64,000 nucleotides of DNA, taken from the NCBI GenBank assembly GCA_039815375.1, contig JBCBZJ010000012.1:24504-88503 (forward strand), given 5' to 3'. Position numbers and translations under genes: made by a program. The notes under the pieces are model-generated. The model saw nothing but the letters and a program-made list of their open reading frames with translations. It did not search any database and was not told the origin of the DNA. Origin of the DNA: Verrucomicrobiota bacterium (GTDB taxonomy: Bacteria; Verrucomicrobiota; Verrucomicrobiia; Opitutales; Coraliomargaritaceae). Shown piece after piece: positions 18,904-29,296 of this stretch (position 1 is the first letter of the stretch; each line of letters begins with the position of its first letter).

Positions 18904-20004
18904 ATGAAACGTATATTCGCCGCACTTTCATTAACTGTGATCTTTGCGATTTGCAGTTACGCGAGATCTCTCAACGAAATGGAGCTTTCGGAGATTCGCT
19001 CTCTTTTCCAAGAACACATGGACAATATAGAAATGGAAGGAATTGTTCTGGAGGGAAGTCGATCAGAAGCACGGGTTGCGACTCTCAGCAACGACGGAAG
19101 CCTTATTGCAGTAGGGTTCGGAAAGAGAATTTCACCCAGTCCTAATCAACCAAATTTTACCGACTCACAGGTTAAGATTTACTCAGCAGAGAACTTCGAG
19201 AAGGTCGCCGAACTTACTACACCAGAGAATGGCATTCCATATTCAATGGCTTTCAGCTCAGATAAGACGCGATTGCTTGTAGGCTACGAAGAGGGAGCGA
19301 TACTTTGGGATCTAGAATCAGCACTTCCGGTATCAGTCTTCTTACCGAAAAATCCAACAGGATTCGACAATCCACCACCAATGAGAATAGACGCATGTGG
19401 TTTCTCTAGTGACGAAGAACACGCCCTACTAGCAGGCGGAAGCGTAGTTTCTATCTATGAGGTTAAAAGCAAAGAAGAGCTCACCTACTTCCGAACACCG
19501 TGGATCAAGACTGCATCTTATCTACCTTCAGGAGACATCATCACGGGGCACGCTGGAGTAGCTAACGATGTCAGAGTCTACGATTCTAAGACAGGAGACC
19601 TCAAACGATCATTTAAGTGTAGGAGTGAGATCAAATCAGTCATATATGAATCTTCTGGCGGAGTCGCCTATATTGCTGCTTTTAATCCCGAGAATCATGC
19701 CGTTGTCGATATTTACAAATGGGATCTCGAAAGCGATGCACCCTCACGAGAACCCTTATCACTAGTCGGCCACAAAGACAATGTCTCTGCAGTTCAGTTC
19801 ATGCTATCGATCGGCTCGATTCTTACCTCAAGCTACGACCGAACAACCAAAAGATGGAGTGCTGAAACCGGCGAGTTGCAGTCTACTTTTGAATTGAAGA
19901 ATGCGCTGGCAACCCAGCATTCGCTTGCGATCATAGAGAACTTTAACCCTGTGGTCCTCAAAATGGAACAATCCAATAAGTCGGGAGATGACAACTCCGA
20001 GTAA
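18904..20004 (+). CDS. Cassette 6: secreted WD40/beta-propeller protein
   Basis: Signal peptide; repeated AFS.D...L, LWD, VYD..TG, GHKDNV..V.F...TSSYDRT.K.W; reads into attC6. Confidence 0.85.
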   Translation: MKRIFAALSLTVIFAICSYARSLNEMELSEIRSLFQEHMDNIEMEGIVLEGSRSEARVATLSNDGSLIAVGFGKRISPSPNQPNFTDSQVKIYSAENFEKVAELTTPENGIPYSMAFSSDKTRLLVGYEEGAILWDLESALPVSVFLPKNPTGFDNPPPMRIDACGFSSDEEHALLAGGSVVSIYEVKSKEELTYFRTPWIKTASYLPSGDIITGHAGVANDVRVYDSKTGDLKRSFKCRSEIKSVIYESSGGVAYIAAFNPENHAVVDIYKWDLESDAPSREPLSLVGHKDNVSAVQFMLSIGSILTSSYDRTTKRWSAETGELQSTFELKNALATQHSLAIIENFNPVVLKMEQSNKSGDDNSE

Positions 20005-20045
20005 GGCTGCCGCGCTACTCTCTGCGCATCCCCTCCACCTTCGGT
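19971..20045 (+). other. attC site 6 (core triplets degenerate: AAT / CTT)
   Basis: R'' ATCCAAT, L'' GGG(A)GATG, L' CATCCCC, TCCAC spacer, R' CTTCGGT. Confidence 0.82.
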
Positions 20046-20051
20046 AAAGGA

Positions 20052-20369
20052 ATGAACGAAGCACAAGCACAACTTCTATTTTGGAGCGGCATGGGATGCT
20101 TACCTTTGAGCCTCATTCTGTTTCTCATCGGATTTCAGAAGAAAGAAAAAGGAACGAAGAGAATCCTAGTCTTCACAGGCAGCGTTTCTCTACTTCACTT
20201 CATCTGGTATTTCCGAACATTAGGTGTCGGCCTAGCAGACAAAACAGGGAACATAGAATATCCAAAGTGGTGGCTGCATATTTTGATTGGAGTCGCCATA
20301 GGGGGAATTCTTGCATTCCTTAGCACTAAACAAAACACGACCGAACCAGCCAGTGGGATCAACAGCTAA
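20052..20369 (+). CDS. Cassette 7: three-TM membrane protein
   Basis: 105 aa with three hydrophobic segments; reads into attC7. Confidence 0.78.
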   Translation: MNEAQAQLLFWSGMGCLPLSLILFLIGFQKKEKGTKRILVFTGSVSLLHFIWYFRTLGVGLADKTGNIEYPKWWLHILIGVAIGGILAFLSTKQNTTEPASGINS

Positions 20370-20402
20370 CGCTGCCGTAGTCGTCACGCTTTGACGTTCA
20401 GA
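20340..20402 (+). other. attC site 7 (poorly paired L boxes)
   Basis: R'' ACCGAAC (complement of nTTCGGT), CAGCC spacer, TTGAC spacer, R' GTTCAGA. Confidence 0.75.
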
Positions 20403-20578
20403 AAAGCAATTGAAGAAGAGCAATCAGACGTTTTTTTTAACCGCTAATTGACGCTAATCCACTACGGCGAAGACAGAAAACTAAACTATCAGAAAAAGAA
20501 GCTCGGGACGCAAAGAAGAAAACCAAAATCTGATGAAACAAAACTCCCCTACCACAGATAACCACCAGAATCGACTGG

Positions 20579-20649
<71 letters not shown>

Positions 20650-20702
20650 GAAAGAAATGAAGAAATTGACTGCGCGTAGAGAGTAGCCATTGTATCCTCT
20701 TT

Positions 20703-20909
20703 ATGCTGCCCGACTTAAAGAAAATGACAAAAGAAGAGAAGTTACTCACAATGAGAAACTTATGGGAAGACTTGTGGCATGGCATAGAAAATTCCCCCGA
20801 AACCTCTGAGATAATAGAGCTGCTTGACCAGCGAGCAGCACGAATCGGATCTGGTGAGGCCGAACTTCTCGACTGGGACAAGGTGAAGGGAAGCATCGGT
20901 CGTGCATGA
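20703..20909 (+). CDS. Cassette 9: addiction-module antitoxin (TIGR02574-like)
   Basis: MT.EEKL..M..LWEDL...SP......L..R...I..GE....DW..VK. Confidence 0.88.
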   Translation: MLPDLKKMTKEEKLLTMRNLWEDLWHGIENSPETSEIIELLDQRAARIGSGEAELLDWDKVKGSIGRA

Positions 20910-21208
20910 AGCGAATCAAGATTTCATCTGATGCGCTTTCCGATCTGAATGAAGGTTTTTTGTTTTACGAGCAGCAGGACCAAGGGCTAGGAGATTATTT
21001 TACTTCGTGCCTTCGCTCGGATATTGAGGAATGGAAGATTTCCGGAGGTGCACACCGAATCGTTCATCGTCATTTTCATCGTAGTCTATCCCGAGTGTTT
21101 CCTTATGGGATATTCTACACCCTAGAAGATAATATAGTGACCATCTTTGCGGTGGTCGACCTGCGAAGAGACCCTGAATTTATTCGTCGACATCTGAACA
21201 AAATCTAA
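20906..21208 (+). CDS. Cassette 9: RelE/ParE family toxin
   Basis: ATGA overlap with the antitoxin; A..DL.....FYE.Q..GLG..F, FPY.IFY, V.D.RRDP. Confidence 0.9.
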   Translation: MKRIKISSDALSDLNEGFLFYEQQDQGLGDYFTSCLRSDIEEWKISGGAHRIVHRHFHRSLSRVFPYGIFYTLEDNIVTIFAVVDLRRDPEFIRRHLNKI

Positions 21209-21209
21209 A

Positions 21210-21284
21210 TCTCAACCAATCGCTAGTATCAATTCCGTTGCGGATCTGCCTCTACTCCATGATACAGCTCAGGGCATATTCTAA
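21210..21284 (+). other. attC site 9 (R' degenerate ATT, long right spacer)
   Basis: R'' TCTCAAC, L'' GCT(A)GTAT, L' ATACAGC, then TCAGGGCAT-ATTCTAA. Confidence 0.8.
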
Positions 21285-21286
21285 AA

Positions 21287-22150
21287 ATGAAAACACAATT
21301 TTTAGCACTTCTATTGTCGTCAGCTATCGCACAGTGCGAAATACTTGTGACTTCTGATTTAAACCTACGGGTGTTTCCTGCCGTATCTGAAAGCGGGTCA
21401 CCACTAGTATACGACTATTATGAGCTAGACCTCAATTCGGACGGAGACGTTGACTTACGATTGAACGGCCATGCAGTGCATGTCGTATTCCAGCCCTATA
21501 TCGACGAAATCAGATATTCATTACTCGTTACGACAACGAATAATACAGAGGTATTGTGCTTCAATGCACCGCAAGGCCCCGAGGAGCCATATTATACGGT
21601 TTTTGCCACACTTTCGAATTCAGTCGAAATCCCTCAAAGCCCAGAAGGACCATTCTTCAGTTGGGAATCGGGCAGCTTCCACTATGACCCAATAGTTGGT
21701 GGGGCGATTGCATCGCGAGACAGCTACCTGGCAGTCCGCATTTTTGATGGCGAAGCGTATCAGTATGGCTGGGTTCACTTAGCCTTTCCAGAGGAATACG
21801 AAATGCACGAAAGAGAAGGAACTGTATTCGAATATGTTAGCATTACCGGCCTAGCGAAAGTCACTTCAACAGCCGTAGAATTGATTCCGAATGAAATGAT
21901 CTCAGCTGGCGAAGGGAGAATCATTTCCAATCTACCCTTCAGGGAGTCACTTGAACTAGCTGGAAGCGAAAAACTACATTTAAAAGTCAATAATGTAGGC
22001 GGGAAGATATGTGAGATTTTTTCTTCCAGTGATTTGGTGACGTGGAATCGTATGGACGTTGTTTCTCCGTCGATGGGTTTAGAATACGAAATAGAAAGAA
22101 ATAAACAGAAGGAGTTCTTTCGGGTGCTTGTTAGCGAAAACATGGAATAG
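21287..22150 (+). CDS. Cassette 10: secreted hypothetical protein with Verrucomicrobia-type C-terminal domain
   Basis: Signal peptide, DLNSDGDVD, YGWV, C-terminal SSDLVTW...FFRV. Confidence 0.82.
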   Translation: MKTQFLALLLSSAIAQCEILVTSDLNLRVFPAVSESGSPLVYDYYELDLNSDGDVDLRLNGHAVHVVFQPYIDEIRYSLLVTTTNNTEVLCFNAPQGPEEPYYTVFATLSNSVEIPQSPEGPFFSWESGSFHYDPIVGGAIASRDSYLAVRIFDGEAYQYGWVHLAFPEEYEMHEREGTVFEYVSITGLAKVTSTAVELIPNEMISAGEGRIISNLPFRESLELAGSEKLHLKVNNVGGKICEIFSSSDLVTWNRMDVVSPSMGLEYEIERNKQKEFFRVLVSENME

Positions 22151-22151
22151 G

Positions 22152-22162
22152 TTAGAACCAGG
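22152..22162 (+). other. Remnant left end (R'') of attC site 10
   Basis: TTAGAAC-CAG immediately after the stop, complementary to the cassette start nTTCTAA; remainder absent. Confidence 0.65.
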
Positions 22163-22173
22163 GACGCTTGCTA

Positions 22174-22539
22174 CTACCTGTTCGCAAGACCGGGAAAGTG
22201 CCTCGGAGGCCTGAAGGCAAGGCCTTTCACCTTTGCTAGTAAATCGAGCGCCACCGGTGGTCGCCCGAAAGTAAAGACGTCCTGTGCATCCGTTTTCAGA
22301 AACTCCTCCTGAGAAATCACATCGGTCGGCAGACCGAATGCGGTGAAGGCCTTCATCAGGCTCTGAAAATTTTTCCCTGTGGGGTTGATCCAGACATCCA
22401 TATCTCCGGTTACGGGATGGTAGCCGTGTAAAACGACCGCGTAACTGCCGACCAGAATTGATTCAACGCGTGCCTGATCAAGACAATGTAAAAAATCGAC
22501 AAAGTCCTGATTAAAGAGCTCTGGATGAAGCGTTCTCAC
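22174..22539 (-). pseudogene. Nucleotidyltransferase (DUF6036-like), C-terminally truncated
   Basis: F.QDF.DF...L....V...LVG.YAV..HGY...TGDMD.W...G.PP...D....V.G..F then diverges; the expected K...R.KD..D tail is missing; GTG start overlaps the upstream TGA. Confidence 0.72.
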
Positions 22540-22730
22540 CGACGTCGACGAACCTGAAAAGCTGTTTTGTCCATCTGCGGCCACTCTCCGGTCGCGAAGC
22601 CATAAGCAAGTGACATGAGATATTGAAAGGTCTTGGCCTTTTCCTGTGGCGACATCTGCGAGTAGTGCCTACGGTGATCGGCCGCATCGGCAAAGCTCTG
22701 TCTGGAAAAAGCAGTTTTATCGAGTCGCAT
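22536..22730 (-). CDS. Small hypothetical protein, translationally coupled partner of the nucleotidyltransferase
   Basis: 64 aa with internal repeat LDKTAF / MDKTAF; GTGA overlap. Confidence 0.75.
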   Translation of the reverse strand: MRLDKTAFSRQSFADAADHRRHYSQMSPQEKAKTFQYLMSLAYGFATGEWPQMDKTAFQVRRRR

Positions 22731-22799
22731 GAATCTGAAAAAAGTGCTTTGAGAGAAGAAGCAATGCCGGAGCTTGCTCTGGATCTGATACTGTTCGCC

Positions 22800-23909
22800 T
22801 TAGAAATCCTGCTTCAGCAGCCAGTATCGAAGAAAGGGATTGGAAAAAACCACTTTATCGCCGGAGCGCCAGAGCACACCTTTATCCAGCATGGCATCCA
22901 TGGCTCGACTGGCGGTGGCGGTGGAGTCGATGCCGATCCGCTTGCGAAAATCCGCCGAAGTGTGGCCCACGCCAGGCATTTGCGCGATACCGGAAAGCAG
23001 GCGCTTTTGGTTGGTCGCGAGCACACTCCATAAATCGTGAAAGCTGGTATCCTGCATAGCTGCAATACCATCGAGCGTGGCCTCTAGAAGCTCTAAACCG
23101 ATAGTCTGTCCGGGAGCACTTGCCTCCCATAGACCGTGACACACTTGCTGAACATCACCGGGAATGTCGTCAACCAGATCGAAAAGCGGCTCCCATACAG
23201 TTGGCTCTACAGTCCGCTTACCCGCTTCAAAACGCTGTACCAACCAGAGAATAAATTCGTTACGCTGGATCGGTCCGACCTCAAGCACAGACACGCTCTT
23301 AAGAAAGGGATTTTTCTCAACAAAGAACATTTGCCGCAGTGAATTCTGGTCACTACCTGCAAACAGGTAGAATACATCCGGCTGCTTCTGTATGACACTG
23401 CGCATACTGCCCAGCACATCCGCAGCATCATCTATCTCAGTGAGCGCCTGAAACTCGTCAAAAAAAACGACGACCGGACGGTTTTTATTGATCGCATCGA
23501 ACAGCTCCAGCAGGTCCTCCAGCCCTTTGGCATTGCCGTGCCAGCCAGCCTTAAAGCCACCAAACCCGAACTCACGCAACTGTCCCAGGACTTCCTGAAC
23601 CTTAACACGCAGCCCGGATGCCAGAGGCATTCGCCCGATGGCCCGATGCAACTTTTCGATAACGCGCTGACGGTCCTGCACGCCAAAAAAATCCGCCTCC
23701 ACCAGCCAGCATTTCTTCTTTTCCTCCAATCGCCTAAAGGTGTCGACAATCAACGAGGTTTTCCCGGTGCGGCGGGGCCCTTGAACAAGCAGGTTCTGCC
23801 GACTCTTAAAATAGGTCAGAAGGGCGGTTTCCAAATCCGGTCGTGGAGCAGCCGCATCTTCAGAGACTAAACTGGTGTAGTGAAACGGGTTCTTTCCTTT
23901 TCTGGCCAT
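22800..23909 (-). CDS. AAA/STAND-like ATP-binding protein (archaeal ATPase type) with C-terminal wHTH
   Basis: NPF.Y, Walker A GPRRTGKT, Walker B FFDEFQ, FAGS, C-terminal NPFLRYWL. Confidence 0.85.
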   Translation of the reverse strand: MARKGKNPFHYTSLVSEDAAAPRPDLETALLTYFKSRQNLLVQGPRRTGKTSLIVDTFRRLEEKKKCWLVEADFFGVQDRQRVIEKLHRAIGRMPLASGLRVKVQEVLGQLREFGFGGFKAGWHGNAKGLEDLLELFDAINKNRPVVVFFDEFQALTEIDDAADVLGSMRSVIQKQPDVFYLFAGSDQNSLRQMFFVEKNPFLKSVSVLEVGPIQRNEFILWLVQRFEAGKRTVEPTVWEPLFDLVDDIPGDVQQVCHGLWEASAPGQTIGLELLEATLDGIAAMQDTSFHDLWSVLATNQKRLLSGIAQMPGVGHTSADFRKRIGIDSTATASRAMDAMLDKGVLWRSGDKVVFSNPFLRYWLLKQDF

Positions 23910-24009
23910 AACCAAAAAGAAACAAATTGTTTCCTGAAGTCAACAAATGCGTAGCAACTTAATGTGAATTTAAGCCGCAGGATAGTTGCTGGAGACCGCC
24001 AGAATATGC

Positions 24010-26538
24010 TTACCCGACCTTTACTGGCTTAAGCTTCCAGATCTGATCCGCGTATTCGCTGATGGTCCGGTCGGAGGAGAACTTGCCAACGCGAGCGGTG
24101 TTGAGAATCGCCATCTTGGCCCAGTGTTTCTTGTCCTTAAAGGCTTCGCTGACTTCATCCTGTGCACGGATGTAATCAGCGTAGTCGGCAAGACAAAGGA
24201 AGGGATCTCCGCCATCAAGCAAGCTTGAGCACAAAGGGCCAAAGGCATTCTGCTCACCTGGTGTGAAGAAATCAGAGCGGAGCCAATCGATGACTGCTTT
24301 GAGCTCCCAATTACTGTTATAGTAATCGTATGGATTGTAGCCTTTAGCACGAATGGCTTCAACCTCTTCGACCGTGTTGCCGAAGATGAAGATGTTTTCC
24401 TTGCCGACTTCTTCTTCGATCTCGACGTTAGCGCCATCAAGCGTGCCGATAGTAAGGGCACCATTGAGGGCGAGTTTCATATTGCCGGTGCCGGATGCTT
24501 CCTTACCGGCGGTGGAGATTTGCTCGGAGAGGTCGGCCGCAGGAATCATCTTTTCCGCCATGGTGATGCGGTAGTTCTGCGGGAAGACAACCTTGAGCTT
24601 ACCCTTTACGCGCTCGTCGTTGTTGATTTTCTCGCCGACCTTGTTGATCGCGCGGATGATGTTCTTGGCCAGAGCATAGCCCGGTGCAGCCTTGGCTCCG
24701 AAGATGAAGACACGCGGTGCGATGTCCAAATCCGGATCGTTGAGCAGGCGGCGGTAGAGTGTGAGAATGTGCAACAGGTTAAGATGCTGGCGCTTGTATT
24801 CGTGGAGGCGCTTGATCTGTACGTCGAAGAGTGCGTCGGCGCTGATCTCTACGCCGCAGGACTCCTTGGCAAACTCGGCAAAGGCGACCTTATTCGCACG
24901 CTTGACCGCCATGAACTTTTTCTGGAAAGCGGCATCGTCGGCGTAATCGGCGACCTTCTGGAGCTTATCGAGGTCTTTCGGCCAGTCTTCCCCGATCTTA
25001 CCGCTGATCAGATCAGAGAGACCAGGGTTGCAGGCGAGCAACCAGCGACGTGGCGTGATGCCGTTGGTCATGTTGATGAGCTTGTTCGGATAGAGCTCAT
25101 GGAAACTGGAGAAGAGGTGCTTCTTCAGCAGCTCGGTATGGAGCGCAGCCACGCCATTGACTTTAGTCGAGCCAACGACTGAGAGGTAAGCCATTCGAAT
25201 CATCTTCGGGAAGCCCTCTTCGATGATGGAAAGCTCGGCTTTCTTCGAGCCGTCACCCGGCCAGTGCGCCTCGACCTCCTCGTCAAGAAAACGTGCATTG
25301 ATCTCATAAACGATCTCGAGATGCCGCGGCAAAATCTTTTCGAAAAGCGGCACACTCCACTTCTCGAGAGCTTCAGGGAGGAGAGTGTGATTGGTGTAGT
25401 TGAAAGTCGCGCGAACGATGCCCCAGGCTTCGTCCCAGACCATGCCTTCTTCGTCGATGAGGAGGCGCATGAGCTCGGGCACGGCGACGGAGGGGTGCGT
25501 ATCGTTGAGCTGGATAACGTTGAACTCGGGGAAGTCCTTCCAGTCAGAGTGCGCAGCCTTGAAGCGACGGATGATATCCTGCAGCGAACAGCTGACGAAG
25601 AAATACTGTTGGATGAGACGGAGTTCCTTACCGTTCTCAGTGCTGTCGTTTGGATAAAGCACCTTGGAAATAGTTTCGCCCATTGCTTTTTCGCGGACGG
25701 CTTCAACATAGCCACCTTCGTTGAAGATATTGAGGTCGAACTCACTGGTGGACTTGGACTCCCAGAGACGCAGGAAGTTAACCGTCTCGGCACCGTAACC
25801 AACAATACCTACGTCAAAAGGGACGCCTTCAAGTGTCTTGTAGTCGACCCAGACCGGATGGAACTGGCCTTTGTCATCCATTTGATGCTCAACGCGGCCA
25901 TAGAGCTTAATCGTCTGGGAAAAGTTCGGGCGCATGATTTCCCAGGGGCAACCTTTCTCCTGCCAGACATCGGGATGCTCGATTTGATGGCCATCCTTAA
26001 ACTCCTGGCGGAAGAGGCCGAACTCGTAGTGTATGCCGTAGCCAATAGCTGGCAGGTCGAGCGTAGCAAGCGAATCGAGAAAGCAAGCGGCAAGACGACC
26101 GAGGCCACCGTTCCCGAGACCCATATCGTCTTCTTCATTGACTATTTCGTCGAAGTCCTGACCAAGCGCGGCAAGGGCCTCGCGAGTCTCGTCGTAGATA
26201 CCCGCGTTGTGCAGGTTGTTGATGAGCAAACGGCCCATTAAATATTCCAGACTAAGGTAGTAAGCGCGGCGAACCTTCTTATCGAAATGCGCTTCTTGTG
26301 TCTTCATGAAGCGATCGAGCAAACGGTCCCGAGCCGCATAGCAAGTGGCCAGCCACCACTCGTCATTGCTCGCGCTTTCCGGGTGGCGGGCAAGTGTGAA
26401 CCGAAGGTGATTCAAAATGGAAGTCTTCAGCGACTCACAGGAATCACTGATCTTGAAGCGACTTACCTTCGTAGCACCGGAAGAGGCTTTTTTAGCCCTC
26501 TTTTTGGAAGTGGTTTTCTTTTTAACAGATGTGCTCAT
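24010..26538 (-). CDS. glgP: Glycogen/starch phosphorylase
   Basis: [38 protein letters not shown]. Confidence 0.97.
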   Translation of the reverse strand: MSTSVKKKTTSKKRAKKASSGATKVSRFKISDSCESLKTSILNHLRFTLARHPESASNDEWWLATCYAARDRLLDRFMKTQEAHFDKKVRRAYYLSLEYLMGRLLINNLHNAGIYDETREALAALGQDFDEIVNEEDDMGLGNGGLGRLAACFLDSLATLDLPAIGYGIHYEFGLFRQEFKDGHQIEHPDVWQEKGCPWEIMRPNFSQTIKLYGRVEHQMDDKGQFHPVWVDYKTLEGVPFDVGIVGYGAETVNFLRLWESKSTSEFDLNIFNEGGYVEAVREKAMGETISKVLYPNDSTENGKELRLIQQYFFVSCSLQDIIRRFKAAHSDWKDFPEFNVIQLNDTHPSVAVPELMRLLIDEEGMVWDEAWGIVRATFNYTNHTLLPEALEKWSVPLFEKILPRHLEIVYEINARFLDEEVEAHWPGDGSKKAELSIIEEGFPKMIRMAYLSVVGSTKVNGVAALHTELLKKHLFSSFHELYPNKLINMTNGITPRRWLLACNPGLSDLISGKIGEDWPKDLDKLQKVADYADDAAFQKKFMAVKRANKVAFAEFAKESCGVEISADALFDVQIKRLHEYKRQHLNLLHILTLYRRLLNDPDLDIAPRVFIFGAKAAPGYALAKNIIRAINKVGEKINNDERVKGKLKVVFPQNYRITMAEKMIPAADLSEQISTAGKEASGTGNMKLALNGALTIGTLDGANVEIEEEVGKENIFIFGNTVEEVEAIRAKGYNPYDYYNSNWELKAVIDWLRSDFFTPGEQNAFGPLCSSLLDGGDPFLCLADYADYIRAQDEVSEAFKDKKHWAKMAILNTARVGKFSSDRTISEYADQIWKLKPVKVG

Positions 26539-26632
26539 GTGGAAAATTGTTTAAAAATGAGTAGCAAAACTAGATGTTCCAAATCGTCTGAAAAGAACGA
26601 AACGGCCTTCGAATGACGATTTTAACGGCTGC

Positions 26633-28060
26633 TTATACCTCTACACAGGGAAGCAACGCGGCATCTTTCATGCCATGAATGATCTTTTTGTCAGCCGGGC
26701 AAAAAGTAGCCAAAATTCCATGGAGGTCGGCTTGCTGCTGCCTTTCGTTTACAAAGTAATAGGGGCAGAGGCGCATGCGGCCTTCCATCATATAGGTGCT
26801 GCCATCCTCTCGGTAAACCGGATGGCGAAGGCGCGTGGGCTTCTCGTAACTCTGGAGAATATGAAGCGAAGTATCAGCCATAGTGACGGCCTGCTGGATC
26901 GCTTCCTCCCATTCGCTCTTTGAGGAGTCACTGCCGAGAGTGACACTGCGGGCACCCCATGCACTCTCGTGAAAACCGCTGATCTTGATAATGAGATTGC
27001 GCTCTTTCTTACCGGCCTGGCTGAGCTGATACCAATCGCAGATGGGGTTACCACCGATAAAGGGCGCATCGAGCACGGCGTTGGGCGGAAGCTCAACCGG
27101 GTCCATCACCCAAGTCTGCGGAATAACTTTATTAAGGACCTTATAAGACTCTCTCGGCAGGGACTCGCGCCAATAGTCTTCGAGAATATGGTGGTGGAAG
27201 AGTGCTAGATTAAGCTTTTCCTCCTGAAAGTGACGCATCGGTGGGGTCAGGCTGAGCTGTGCAGCCTGACGAGCCTTGAGGAGAAATTCGGCGATGGAGA
27301 CATTGGCCAAGTCAAAGAGCTCCCAGAAGCGGTAGATCACGTCGACCTTTTGCGGGTCACCGTCGATACCGACACAGATACTTTCACCAAGCGGCATGAC
27401 CTCGTCAGGATGAAAGACGTGCACCCGGCGGCCGTGCTGACGGAGCTGCGTGGCGAGCCATTCCATCTCAGGGCGATAAGTCGCCGCCTCGTCGCTAACC
27501 AAAATGGCGATGTAGGGCGCAGTCACCGTCGGTGCTTTCGAACAAAGCACTTCATAGAAGGCCTCGACCATATCTTCCGCACCGGCACCAATCAGCGCGT
27601 CACCGTGGACATCGGTGTAGAGACGGTTGAGAAATGCAGTCAAGCCGATGCCACCGGGAACGGAGTCGATCTCAGTGAGGGCAAAGCCGTCATCCGTGAT
27701 CAACAGGTCTGGGCGGATAACCATCGGAGCAGTGCCGCGGATGGCTTTATCCCGGGCGTGCTGAACGAGAGTCTCAGGCTTTCCACGATCAAGGTATTCC
27801 GCGACCCAAGGGGCGACGAGGTCGCGGTTACGCAGGAGGTTTTTGCCTTCAACTGAGCGCAGATAAAGTATCTCCAGTGCACGGTAAAAATCGTAGCAGG
27901 CCTGACCGATCTTTCGAATCTCGGCAACCTGTCGCCCAGTTAAGGGATAGGCCTTCGGCGAGTAACGCCAGGTCTTGTTTTCGAACAAGCTCTGATCCGA
28001 GAAAGCCTGTAGCGCCGCCTCGTATGTCAAGCCCTCAAAGCTGCCGGTCACCTCAGTCAT
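26633..28060 (-). CDS. Conserved hypothetical protein, probable ATP-grasp ligase-like
   Basis: 475 aa; RPDLL...[33 protein letters not shown]...AWGAR, ILQ. Confidence 0.6.
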   Translation of the reverse strand: MTEVTGSFEGLTYEAALQAFSDQSLFENKTWRYSPKAYPLTGRQVAEIRKIGQACYDFYRALEILYLRSVEGKNLLRNRDLVAPWVAEYLDRGKPETLVQHARDKAIRGTAPMVIRPDLLITDDGFALTEIDSVPGGIGLTAFLNRLYTDVHGDALIGAGAEDMVEAFYEVLCSKAPTVTAPYIAILVSDEAATYRPEMEWLATQLRQHGRRVHVFHPDEVMPLGESICVGIDGDPQKVDVIYRFWELFDLANVSIAEFLLKARQAAQLSLTPPMRHFQEEKLNLALFHHHILEDYWRESLPRESYKVLNKVIPQTWVMDPVELPPNAVLDAPFIGGNPICDWYQLSQAGKKERNLIIKISGFHESAWGARSVTLGSDSSKSEWEEAIQQAVTMADTSLHILQSYEKPTRLRHPVYREDGSTYMMEGRMRLCPYYFVNERQQQADLHGILATFCPADKKIIHGMKDAALLPCVEV

Positions 28061-29214
28061 CGTCGGGACTCTTCTCGTTAGCAGCCTGCCGGGAAGTCGG
28101 GCCGCCGGCTCTCAGCCAAGCATGAATAAACGGATCGAGCTCGCCGTCCATCACGGCCTGAACGTTACCGGTCTCCGCCCCGGTGCGGAGGTCCTTCACC
28201 AGCTGGTAAGGCTGGAAGACGTAAGAGCGTATCTGGTTTCCCCACGCAATATCACCCTTTTCACCATAGAATTTCTCCATCTCGCTACGCTTCTCGTCCT
28301 CCTGCTTTTCATAGAGACGCGATTTCAAGGTGCGCATGGCGGTGGCTTTGTTCTTAATTTGGGACCGGTCGTTTTGACAGGTCACCACAATACCAGTTGG
28401 AAGGTGCGTCAGGCGCACGGCCGACTCTGTTCGGTTGACATGTTGGCCTCCTTTCCCGCTCGCACGATAGACATCGGTGCGGATATCGGCCTCGTCGATC
28501 TCGATATCTACGTCGTCTTCCATCTCAGCCACGATGTCCACGGAGCAGAAGGAAGTATGGCGGCGGGCATTGGAGTCAAACGGGCTAATACGAACCAGGC
28601 GGTGCACACCCCGCTCTGCCTTGGCATAGCCAAAGGCATTGGCCCCTTCAATACGGATCGTGGCAGAACTGATACCAGCTTCCTCACCGGGCACGATGTC
28701 GAGCACCTCTGCCTTGTAACCGGACTGTTCGGCCCAACGAGTATACATACGCAGAAGCATATCAGCCCAATCACAGCTCTCGGTTCCTCCAGCACCGGAA
28801 TTGATCGACAGGAGTGCGTTGTAACCGTCGTGTGGTCCGCTGAGAAAAGATGCCAACTCGAGTTGATCGAGTTTCGGTAGCAGGCGCTCAACCGTTTCGA
28901 CGACTTCCTTCTGGTAAGTCTCCGCCTCGGGGTCCTCACCCATTTCATCAACGAGTTCCAACATGGCCGCCAGATCGTCCAGTTCACCCTGGTAATCTCT
29001 GGCTGGATTCACTGCCGTTTTAAGGCGATTCGATTCACCGATGACTTTTTGCGCCGCTGCCTGATCGTCCCAGAAAGATGGCTCGGCCATCTTAGCTTCG
29101 AGTTCTTCGACTCGCTTTACCTTGGCAGCACCGTCAAAGATACCTCCAGATATGACCGGCCCGGCGGGTGATTTCCTCAATCTGAGTGCGTATTTCAGGA
29201 GTAATCAAATTCAT
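28053..29214 (-). CDS. prfB: Peptide chain release factor 2 with +1 programmed frameshift
   Basis: ATG 29214, 26 codons to GGAGG-TAT-CTT-TGA-C (29147-29133); SPF and GGQ motifs in the main frame. Confidence 0.96.
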
Positions 29215-29296
29215 GCCCCGATAGGAACAAAGCAGCCCGAATATTAAAGACAAAAAGTGTTTACCCGCTTTAGATCCGCGTAAATAGATGAGGTCA

